Positions 33,201-40,799 of a stretch of DNA of 64,000 bases are shown piece after piece (position 1 is the stretch's first letter; the number at the start of each line of letters is the position of its first letter). The notes below the pieces were generated by a model that worked only from the letters and a program-made list of their open reading frames with translations, searched no databases and was not told the origin of the DNA. Source of the DNA: Chloroflexia bacterium (lineage in GTDB: Bacteria; Chloroflexota; Chloroflexia; QHBQ01; JADMIH01); assembly GCA_035274425.1 (NCBI GenBank), contig DATEOC010000092.1:3562-67561 (forward strand), written 5' to 3'. The position numbers and the translations under genes were made by a program.

Positions 33201-34119
33201 ATCGGAGGAGTACTTCTCCGGCTTCCTTCACCTGTATGACCTCTCCCTTACTTATGTGAACCGCAAAGCCACAGGGGGCAATATCGCGTTTGGCCTGTAC
33301 CAGTCCGTTGCGCCACAGCTCAGTCAAATCCTTCGCCAGCCAGACTTGCATCTCGGCGTAGAGATGCTTACCGGAGACAACACTATGACGGAAGTAGGCG
33401 GGGCCATCGAGCGAATAGAGCGGGAACGCAACGACACAGACGATGAACGACTAGATGCCCTCATAGCCACCAGTCTGATCAGCCACGGTGTGGATCTGGA
33501 ACGGATCAACTTCCTATGCATGGTCGGTATGCCTTCTAGGTACGCTGAGTACATTCAGGCCTCGAGCCGGGCCGCTCGCAGCCACGTTGGGTTGGTGCTG
33601 GTATGCTTCAAGCGTGGCGACCTGCGCGAGCGGTCTCAGTATCACTACTTCCTACCCAACCATCGCTACTTGGATCGGCTGGTCGAACCAGTGGCCATCA
33701 ATCGCTTCTCATCGTTTGCACCTAAGCGCACGGTGCCGGGTCTGCTCGTGGGTATGCTCCTCTCTTACTATAGTGGAGTGCTATTTAAGGGGGGCCGCAT
33801 CAAGAAACCGCTGGACAACATGAAAGAACTACAAAGCATGATTAGCTCGGACAACATCACTTTCCAACAGTTGCACCAGGACCTTGAGGCGATAATCGGC
33901 GCTCATTACTCCCGACTGACGCCAATGCAACGTGACTATCTTGCTGAGGCTATCAAAGAAGCGTTAGAGCAGAACTGGGACGCGCTTCGTCGCTCCTACG
34001 ACAGCCGCATCGGTGACGTAATCCATCCGATGCTCAGCTTCCGCGACGTAGATGAGACGATTAGCTTTGTCGCAGACGGCGCTGCGGCTTCGTTCGTAGA
34101 GCGCATCACTGCGGGTTAG
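30298..34119 (+). CDS. DrmA-like DEAH-box SF2 helicase (1273 aa) of the kind partnered with DUF1998 proteins.
   Basis: Motif I 'WFPTGGGKTEAYLG', motif II 'LIQDELHLL', motif III 'LAATATIESY' and motif VI 'YIQASSRAARSHVG'. A ~590-aa N-terminal region of unknown function precedes the helicase core. Confidence 0.75.
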   Translation: MDQSQELRFVNYLFDRVRGGLTGGSEDEIVGAGPREQFHAGVLLPMQIGLPSNGSAPSSSGGDSLSGFMEAAGNVPTEARVLKVDTDSSMGIDFQVRLPEGSGEFVLRIQPRFSVYYAVFPTYQEVIAHQYALQEAAPDEEQIANGAVGGAEINDSADVVLADGESQQVEPDLDLVKPAVADIPHQLADEVDRSFTTDTVREVEAHDDTVSLPRKFRRKSVELPVLEIPVSVRRLGASLEIRDPFTEVLADLRSAVLNDPDLWRHLGKPSDGARELPGHRVLVDEQSYMAALGSSAVGEVALPAWRAYLSISGASVLAGAVAQPGARTDLRAVRGDGQTQTEVQTPRQEQVLRLNVALVNATPGLSPTDSRRAQLEEGALFNSGLSVEINEAEIVPFVFHGTPKDYRYNRDFPALGSNCVALSDPNNPQRLYTETVPLYIQPWYRTRDPLPVKFAELDISPGNDPLGKLGSITSAMDDYLAEWDDYLKERAPHELDRDQVAVCLRDREAFRVEIDRYKLGLAALRRDADLLRAFRLMNTVFERTGEQRKPPIRSWRLFQIVFMVIQLPALAAREHDVTTGDEYSQGLKAALDKVDVLWFPTGGGKTEAYLGLIATTLFYDRLRGKDRGLTAWMRFPLRMLSLQQLERLAQVVAQAEMLRAAEPDLATAGSPFSIGYYVGSNNTPNILRENAQTSGSLTSRDWSKQQIIRSCPFCRSNAGVKFDREKWRLLHYCSNSHCYSNTANSLGEFKGSLPIFVVDNEVYRYRPSVLVGTVDKLAILGFQKNFAHLFTSVNERCPTHGYLSFGQCLESTSGGPCTHKPREYVQLRPEKDPVPALLIQDELHLLKEELGTFNAHYEGFLHHLAIKQGLKPPKVLAATATIESYEEQIAHLYLKEANRFPQPGWRIGESFYATSTPLVQRRLYTGILTHQRSPETTALRALFLYHQEILRMKADPGAAIAQLGLEDVSEEYFSGFLHLYDLSLTYVNRKATGGNIAFGLYQSVAPQLSQILRQPDLHLGVEMLTGDNTMTEVGGAIERIERERNDTDDERLDALIATSLISHGVDLERINFLCMVGMPSRYAEYIQASSRAARSHVGLVLVCFKRGDLRERSQYHYFLPNHRYLDRLVEPVAINRFSSFAPKRTVPGLLVGMLLSYYSGVLFKGGRIKKPLDNMKELQSMISSDNITFQQLHQDLEAIIGAHYSRLTPMQRDYLAEAIKEALEQNWDALRRSYDSRIGDVIHPMLSFRDVDETISFVADGAAASFVERITAG

Positions 34120-34172
34120 GGCAATTCGGCAAAGACAGTAGATGCCACACCTACTTTCTAGGAGTTCCTATT

Positions 34173-36143
34173 ATGCCTGAGATGCACAGAGGCAAGAGCC
34201 AAGTGCTCTTCCGTTATACTCCATACGCGATGTTTAGGTACAATGAGACGAACGCCTGGTGCGAAGTTACCTCGATTCCGATGGCTAACACACGATCCCT
34301 GTCCGAAGGTGTTGCGGAGGCCCTTTACCAGCTCCTGCACGCCTGGGACGCTATAGGCAGCGACAATTTCCCCGACCCGCGTCTCTTCCCTAACAAATAC
34401 GAAGTGGGGGAGCCTTATCAGGTGCATTACACGCTGCGGCCCTTGGTCTTTGTATGCAAAGTATGCAAGCGCGTGCAGTGGTATTCTGATTTGGACCAAC
34501 TCAGTCGCTACAATTACAATCTCAACTGTCGCCAGTGTAAAGGCGTTCGCACCCTAATGCAGATACCCTATATCTACATACACGAGTGCGGCAGAGCCGA
34601 GAACGTTTTCATCCCGAAGCACCCCACTGATCACGTTATCACTCTCAACAACCGGGGCCGCTTCCAAGAATCGAATTGGTACTGCCAAACGTGCAGGAGG
34701 CCATTGACCAAGCCCGGCACCCAGGGATTAGGCAAGCGGGCGTGCCAGTGTGGGAAGAAAAAGCTACAGCGCGGTACCACGCTGCAAGATCCAGCTGTGC
34801 ATTACAACCACACCCTTAGTTTGGTAGATACTGAGGATCCTCTGTTAGCAGGAGCTGGTCTAAATCCGCAACTAGGCGAGAATCTGTTAGCAGGCCTACT
34901 GCGCACCCCGCACTACAACCCAGCCGATTTCAAAGATCTGTTGCAGCCTGCCCCGGGTGAGGAGGAAACCGAAACAAAACGGGAGCAAATGCGCCAGGAC
35001 CTCAAGGCCACTGGGCTGACCGATCCCAACCAGATTGAGATGCTCATAGGGATCATGCTCGCGCAGGTAGCATCTCCAGTTGCCGACACGCAACGCAGGC
35101 TGCGTAAAGAGGTGCGGGATCTGCTCACGGAGGAGTCGCCCCTCATTGGTGAGGCGGCAGCCAGTCGTCAACTGCGCGAATATCTGTTTGTGCGGGACCA
35201 TCCACGCATGCAGGCGTCGAGACTTTCCGATTTGTTGCGGCAGGCGACCGAACAGGGCGATACCCACGCAACCGAGCGCTACACAGAGGATTTAGCCCTC
35301 AGTGAGAGTATAGGCTTTGCCGATCTACGTCTCCTGGAGAAGTTTCCATTACTGCTCGCTGCCGTTGGCTACAGCCGGGTACAAGTGTCTCCCGCGCCGG
35401 GCACCACTACCGCTCTCAGACCGTTTGATGCTAATAAGCCGAAAATCCCCATCTACGCCATCCGAAGCACTACTGAGGCATTCATGTTTGAGATCGATCC
35501 CTGGTGGGAGGCCGCTTGGCTACTGGAGAACGATTGGGCCGAAGCGCCAAATGCGCCGTTCACCAGTGTGCAGGAGTTGCGCGCCTGGCTCTTGAGAATG
35601 AGCGATTACTTGTTGCGATACAACGCGGCGCACCTCGAACAACTGACATGGGAGAGGGAGAAGAACCATCCTGTGCCTGAGACTGCTGTTGCCTGTCGGT
35701 TTGGTCTGCTCCACACAATCAGCCATATGCTCACAATTGCAGCGACAACGCAGGTAGGCTTCGAGGCGGACAGCTTAGCCGAGTATCTTTTTCCGGTCAG
35801 TAGCGCAGGCATCGTATATGCTACAGGCCACCAAGAGTTTACGCTCGGCGGTATCGTGTCGGCTTTCAAGTTGAACCTCGGCATGTGGCTGAGTGCCACT
35901 TATGAGGCTGCGCAGCGCTGCATTTACGACCCTCTCTGCCGATCCAGAGGCAGCGTGTGCCATGCCTGTGGTTACCTGCGCTTCAGTTGCCCCCACTTCA
36001 ATCGCACTGTGAGCAGAGCCTTTCTGCTAGGAGGTCCTGTGACAGGTCTCCAACAGGATGTTGTAGGATACTGGAGCCCCAGGACTCATGAACGCTCGCT
36101 CCGCCTAAAGCAGGAAGCAGGTCTTCTTTCATTGATGTCCTGA
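34173..36143 (+). CDS. DUF1998-like (DrmB/MrfB-family) multi-zinc-ribbon protein.
   Basis: Several CxxC pairs (CKVCKR, CRQCKG, CQTCRR, CQCGKK). The C-terminal cluster 'CIYDPLCRSRGSVCHACGYLRFSCPHFNRTVSRAFLLGG' is typical of DUF1998. It lies directly downstream of the DEAH helicase. Confidence 0.7.
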   Translation: MPEMHRGKSQVLFRYTPYAMFRYNETNAWCEVTSIPMANTRSLSEGVAEALYQLLHAWDAIGSDNFPDPRLFPNKYEVGEPYQVHYTLRPLVFVCKVCKRVQWYSDLDQLSRYNYNLNCRQCKGVRTLMQIPYIYIHECGRAENVFIPKHPTDHVITLNNRGRFQESNWYCQTCRRPLTKPGTQGLGKRACQCGKKKLQRGTTLQDPAVHYNHTLSLVDTEDPLLAGAGLNPQLGENLLAGLLRTPHYNPADFKDLLQPAPGEEETETKREQMRQDLKATGLTDPNQIEMLIGIMLAQVASPVADTQRRLRKEVRDLLTEESPLIGEAAASRQLREYLFVRDHPRMQASRLSDLLRQATEQGDTHATERYTEDLALSESIGFADLRLLEKFPLLLAAVGYSRVQVSPAPGTTTALRPFDANKPKIPIYAIRSTTEAFMFEIDPWWEAAWLLENDWAEAPNAPFTSVQELRAWLLRMSDYLLRYNAAHLEQLTWEREKNHPVPETAVACRFGLLHTISHMLTIAATTQVGFEADSLAEYLFPVSSAGIVYATGHQEFTLGGIVSAFKLNLGMWLSATYEAAQRCIYDPLCRSRGSVCHACGYLRFSCPHFNRTVSRAFLLGGPVTGLQQDVVGYWSPRTHERSLRLKQEAGLLSLMS

Positions 36144-36291
36144 GTTCATTTGATTGTGGAATCGCACACATGAGTTTCCCGAATGATCGTCAAAACTTAT
36201 AAAGCGTGCTCTTGTAGTTCCTTCTTTTGGGCTTTCGATGCAACTTGCGCTTAGCAAGGCACTCGCCGCACTCGGCGCTCCTAGAATTAAA

Positions 36292-36897
36292 CTATGAGCC
36301 TAGACGCGCTGCTTGGGCGCACTCAGCGCGCAATTCCTTTATGTACAGAGCCAGCGGATTGGGCCATTTGTTTAAGCACAGCACTGGCTCTAGTTCCTGG
36401 ATCACCACGGTCTCTAGACTTTCGAGTTCTTTGATGCGGCCCTTGTACTCAGGCAACGCGCATATCCCCACTTCAAGGCTTGTTACCATCCACCTGGTCA
36501 AACTTTCCTCGCCTTGACGCTCGAATCGATAGTTGTAATAATCTGCCTCGCTCCTCCCTCGGCCCCGCGGAATGGGCACGAGCTGCAAGCTCATCGCCTT
36601 ATTGAGGAGCGCTCCCAGCGAGCGGCGCACTGTCGAGCGGCCCGTCTTCGTAGAATCAAAGTGTGTATCGTGCTGTCTTTCCGATAGGTCGCTGGAGACG
36701 CCGATATAAATGAGACCGCCTGGTGGTGCGTATTGGCTGAAGAGCGCCCTTATTTCAGGCGGGCAATCTTTGGGTAGAGGCAAGCTAAGGCCTGCCCTAA
36801 GAAAGAAGGCGTAGAGACCAGGCTCTGATGGCACACGTAGGCCAACAATAGTAACTCGTGTCTTTTCCAGGGTACCAATAATATCTTCAACAGTCAT
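36292..36897 (-). CDS. Hypothetical protein with a GIY-YIG-like motif, possibly a nuclease.
   Basis: 'PGLYAFFLRAG' followed by 'LIYIGVSSDLSERQ'. The spacing is longer than in canonical GIY-YIG, so the call is tentative. It overlaps the upstream gene by 11 bp. Confidence 0.4.
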   Translation of the reverse strand: MTVEDIIGTLEKTRVTIVGLRVPSEPGLYAFFLRAGLSLPLPKDCPPEIRALFSQYAPPGGLIYIGVSSDLSERQHDTHFDSTKTGRSTVRRSLGALLNKAMSLQLVPIPRGRGRSEADYYNYRFERQGEESLTRWMVTSLEVGICALPEYKGRIKELESLETVVIQELEPVLCLNKWPNPLALYIKELRAECAQAARLGS

Positions 36898-37945
36898 TAT
36901 CCGCCCCCGCCTGCTCGCCCAACTCTAGTGCACGTGACGAATCACCTGCTAATAAACTCTCCTGTTCCACAACAGCAGGTTGATCGCCATCTTCTTGAAT
37001 TACAATGTCCCTGGCCATCCGCAGACTCTCCTTGACGAAGTCCTCCACAAACCGCATCTGCTCATCTGTGCTCATCGAGAAGAACCCAGCCTCCTCGGCC
37101 GACAAATCGATGACATGCTCCCACCTCAGGCGGCCTCCTTCGGTCCACAACCTCCCGCGACCCAGAGCTTCGGCCTTCGCTCTGTCGATGCGATCATTTA
37201 AGGTCCGGAACCTCAGCAGGAAGGCTTCGTGTAAGTACACTCCCACATAATACTGGCCCGTTCCGATCTTACAGCCCCACCAGTTATATTCTAAGCTTTT
37301 CCCAAGATCCAATCCTGCGCTTGTCAGCGCCTTGTGCAGCATGCTATATAGACTGGTCAGCGACCTCGCCCCGGCTGCCATTTCACTTCCTATACGCTCC
37401 ATGGTCATCCTCCTCCCACGTAAAAACCCCAGAAATTGCTCAACCAGGAAGACACTTGAAGGCTGCTTTACCAATTCTGCGCGCATCGCGTTTTCGAGCC
37501 ACTGCGCTACCTGATACCAAAGGACGGCGCTATCCGGCTGCTGGGACTCGGGAGCTTGCTCCTCGTAGCGGGTAAGAAGCACCAAATAGGTTCTCGCGAC
37601 ACCGCTGGTTTGCAGGATCTTCCTGTAATTGAGCAGCTGCTCCACTCCAAGGGTCGATTCGACCTTGACTTCCACGTATACCAGCAGCCCTGGCGCGCTG
37701 ATCTCTATGTCAGGACGCTTTCCGCCAACTGTTACCTGCGTGCTGACCTTAGTGCTGGTCGCGTCCCAATCCGCCGCGGGGACGGCGCCCCCTGTCAGAT
37801 TTGCCAACATAATTGACGCCGCACTCCCGTCAAACTGTAACAGGTGCTGGAGCAGGTAGGCGAACAACTCCGTCACGAAGTTTTCCTCCTGACCCCACGC
37901 CCACTTTTGCAGCCTCAAGAATAAGTTGTTTCTTGTATCTACCAT
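36887..37945 (-). CDS. PD-(D/E)xK nuclease superfamily protein.
   Basis: Core 'GGKRPDIEISAPGLLVYVEVKVES' (D...E.K) follows an N-terminal helical segment 'FVTELFAYLLQHLL', as in PDDEXK families. Confidence 0.5.
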   Translation of the reverse strand: MVDTRNNLFLRLQKWAWGQEENFVTELFAYLLQHLLQFDGSAASIMLANLTGGAVPAADWDATSTKVSTQVTVGGKRPDIEISAPGLLVYVEVKVESTLGVEQLLNYRKILQTSGVARTYLVLLTRYEEQAPESQQPDSAVLWYQVAQWLENAMRAELVKQPSSVFLVEQFLGFLRGRRMTMERIGSEMAAGARSLTSLYSMLHKALTSAGLDLGKSLEYNWWGCKIGTGQYYVGVYLHEAFLLRFRTLNDRIDRAKAEALGRGRLWTEGGRLRWEHVIDLSAEEAGFFSMSTDEQMRFVEDFVKESLRMARDIVIQEDGDQPAVVEQESLLAGDSSRALELGEQAGADNDC

Positions 37946-38034
37946 GCGACCTCCCGAGCCCTCGTTCTAGACGGCTGCGTTGTGGAATCCTGCAGCGGCG
38001 CAGGTCTTATTTTCCTCGACGCTTGACCTATGTG

Positions 38035-38889
38035 TTAAATCCCTAACTCCTGCTGCGCACTCGAAATGAAATCAACCCTATTTCTGCCGGTCTTGCGACC
38101 CTGTATGTAGAAATTCCCGCTGGCCACGAGCCAGAATAGCTTGTCGACATCGTAGGCGCTCTTACCATTATTTTGGGCGACCCTGCTCACAGCTGCGAAC
38201 ACATCATAATCGTTTGTCGAGCCGCTCAACCCTAATTCAGCGAAGATTGCCTTTATGTGCACGTCTGGCTTGCTGAAATTGTAGAAGCCTAACTCCTTGA
38301 TGAAGTCACAGGCCAGTCCAAAGCCGATGCCATGAACTTCACGAGCTATCTCCATCGGTAGGGTGGAACGCTTAGACTCATCGGCGTCGAAGCGCTCGAC
38401 CCACTCGTAGAATTCGCCAGCATGCTCGAACTTTGCCAAGAATACAGCCCCCGAAATGACCGCTCTACAGAAGCGCACCCAAAGGCTGCCCGGAGCGCTT
38501 CTGACCTGCCCCGTCGGGTGCAGCTTGCCCTTGATAGTATCGAGCAGTAACAACGCGCCCTGTATGTCGTTTGGGTAGCGCGCGGAAACTGCTGCAGGGC
38601 TGAAGCCAAATAGGATGTCTTCTAGCTTGTCTATCCCGCCGATTGACCCGCCAATTACACTAGGCATCATTTGCGCGTTCTGCGCGGAGCTGATCAAGCG
38701 CTTGTACACCCCTCCCAAAGTGTCAGGCCGCTCCTCTACCGTGTGGGACAAGTAGCCTTCCACCACCTCTGGAGTTACGCCATCAAGACCGAGGAGATAT
38801 TCTTTCGCTAGTTCGTAGGCTCTTCTATCACGCTCGGCCTGCTGCTCATCCGACAGCACCTGCTTGTTCATATTGAACATCAGCTGCAC
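38035..38889 (-). CDS. Hypothetical protein with a helix-hairpin-helix-like motif, possibly glycosylase-like.
   Basis: 'EIAREVHGIGFGLACDFIKELGF' resembles an HhH GIG hairpin. No other known signature. Confidence 0.4.
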   Translation of the reverse strand: MQLMFNMNKQVLSDEQQAERDRRAYELAKEYLLGLDGVTPEVVEGYLSHTVEERPDTLGGVYKRLISSAQNAQMMPSVIGGSIGGIDKLEDILFGFSPAAVSARYPNDIQGALLLLDTIKGKLHPTGQVRSAPGSLWVRFCRAVISGAVFLAKFEHAGEFYEWVERFDADESKRSTLPMEIAREVHGIGFGLACDFIKELGFYNFSKPDVHIKAIFAELGLSGSTNDYDVFAAVSRVAQNNGKSAYDVDKLFWLVASGNFYIQGRKTGRNRVDFISSAQQELGI

Positions 38890-38992
38890 TCCTCCTATAA
38901 TGCATGCTCTTGTAGCGCCTTCTTCTGGGCTTTCTTCGCTAAGTGTGCAGATAGATAATCAGTTTCACAAGAGAAGCGTGACATGGACATCG

Positions 38993-39397
38993 TCAAACTC
39001 GAACTCTTCGGTAAGTGAGCATCCAATACTCTGATGAGACCGTAATGAAATCACTATCTACTACCTGTAAGACCGCACTAACAAATGATCGATGTCGTGA
39101 ATTCGGACCACCGCTAAATTGAACCTGGACTGGGAACGTGTACCCGCTGTACACACCTGTCCAGGTGATTTCTCCAGATCTAATACAGTCATCCCCTGTG
39201 ATTTTGACAGCCTGCAATTTATTGCCTATAAGCTCTATCTTTATGAGCTCTGGGGATTCCGCGCCTCTGCATGTGTAACCATAACCCAGCCACAAACCGG
39301 TTAATTTTCCCACTAATAATGGTTTTTGTGGAGCCCCACAAGTGGGGCAGAAATTAGCTTCCGAACCGATTTGTGTGCCGCAGTTATGACAGAACAT
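38993..39397 (-). CDS. Zinc-ribbon domain protein.
   Basis: N-terminal 'FCHNCGTQIGSEANFCPTCGAP'. Confidence 0.5.
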   Translation of the reverse strand: MFCHNCGTQIGSEANFCPTCGAPQKPLLVGKLTGLWLGYGYTCRGAESPELIKIELIGNKLQAVKITGDDCIRSGEITWTGVYSGYTFPVQVQFSGGPNSRHRSFVSAVLQVVDSDFITVSSEYWMLTYRRVRV

Positions 39398-39416
39398 TAT
39401 TAGCCCTCCTTTCCTA

Positions 39417-40400
39417 TCATAATCTACAAAGCATGCTCCTGTAGCGCCTTCTTTTGAGCTTTCTTGGCGAGTTGGACATAGATAGTTGTTGTGTCGCCAA
39501 GCTCGCGTGTCCTAGCGTTTCCTGCACCGTCTTGAGGTCGGTTCCTCGCGCTACATGATGTGTCGCCATTGTATGTCTCAATGTGTGAACTGACGCGCCT
39601 TTGATGTCGGCCTCTTTCATGTAGCCAGCTACGATGTACTGGATCGCCCTGGCCGTCATTGGCGTCTTGAACTTTGATACGAATACCTCATCGAAGGGCA
39701 TTTTGGGCCGGGCCTTCAACCAGGCGGCCAGGACCTGGCACGCCTTGTAGTTCAAGGGGATGGTATCTACCTTGCCGCCTTTGCGCCTGACACGAGCTGA
39801 GCCGGTGTTATCAAGGTCGCGGGTGATGAGCGCAGGCAGTTCCAGATCGCCCACCGTGAGATTAGCAAGCTCCGACAGCCTCATGCCTGTTTGCAAAAGC
39901 ACTTCGATGATGGCTGCATCTCTGATGTTATGGCTGCACGCCCGGAGCAATCGCCGGTACTCGTCCTCCGATAAGAAGCGCGGCTCTCTCTTCTGCGCCT
40001 TCGGGGGCTTCAACCTGAGTGCCGGATTGCTCGATATTATCCCCTGGGGTTCAAGGAAGGAGAAAAAGATCTTTATAGTATGAGCTTTCCGATTGCGGGT
40101 TGAGGGTTTGTGGCCGCGCCGATCAAGCTCGGCCATGTACGCTTCGAGGTGTGGCAGAGTGACATCGGCAAGAGCGCGCACTCCCCGACCATCAAGGAAC
40201 TTCACCAGGTCGTGCAGGTCATTCGCATACTCGCCCCTGGTCCTGGCCGCCAAGTTCCTAGCAGGCATACCTACCACTTCAAATAAAGCCACAGCATGGC
40301 GCACTGTATCGCCCTCAGCGGAACCAATTGCTCCAAACTCCTCCATAATATCTCCTGGAATTGGCTCAAAACGGCTCATACATTGGCTGTTAAATATCAC
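39417..40400 (-). pseudogene. Tyrosine recombinase/integrase with a frameshifted extreme C-terminus. The catalytic-Tyr segment is out of frame.
   Basis: In frame: 'RHTMATHHVARGTDLKTVQETLGHASLA', then nonsense 'TQQLSMSNSPRK...'. Dropping a 2-nt 'ca' within the acacaacaac run (about 39486-39497) gives the canonical 'LGHASLATTTIYVQLAKKAQKKALQEHAL*'. Confidence 0.55.
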
Positions 40401-40495
40401 CTTCGTCTAAGTATCGCACTTACGAAACTTATTTAACGGGAAAGCGGGCCAAATGGCCCATTACCTTCGTCTAAATAGTAGTTAGACGAAAGTAA
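40396..40495. repeat. Cluster of short repeats immediately upstream of the integrase start. Candidate recombinase binding or att-related sites.
   Basis: Direct repeat accttcgtctaa at 40399-40410 and 40463-40474. Inverted repeat ttaccttcgtctaa / ttagacgaaagtaa at 40461-40495. Palindrome gggccaaatggccc at 40445-40458. Confidence 0.4.
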
Positions 40496-40799
40496 TGCTA
40501 ACAAACAAGCTGAGATAAATCAATAGCAACATAATATTGGTTTTCCGCGAAGCATCATTGGCACAAGTGGAAATCGCCTGTTAAAGATCTGCACCAACGT
40601 ATGACGCTCGTGCTATACTTCTCTGGAAGAACGATAGCCCAACCAAAGGCGGAAATCAACTGCGCCTTTGGGAGATTGATTAGCTTTTTCGTCGTTATGC
40701 AAGCTGTGAAAATGGTATCCAGAAGCACATTAAGCTAGAGTCCCATCCACGTTATTCGCAGGCTGATACTCTGAACTACGTCGCTCAGGAGTATAACTC

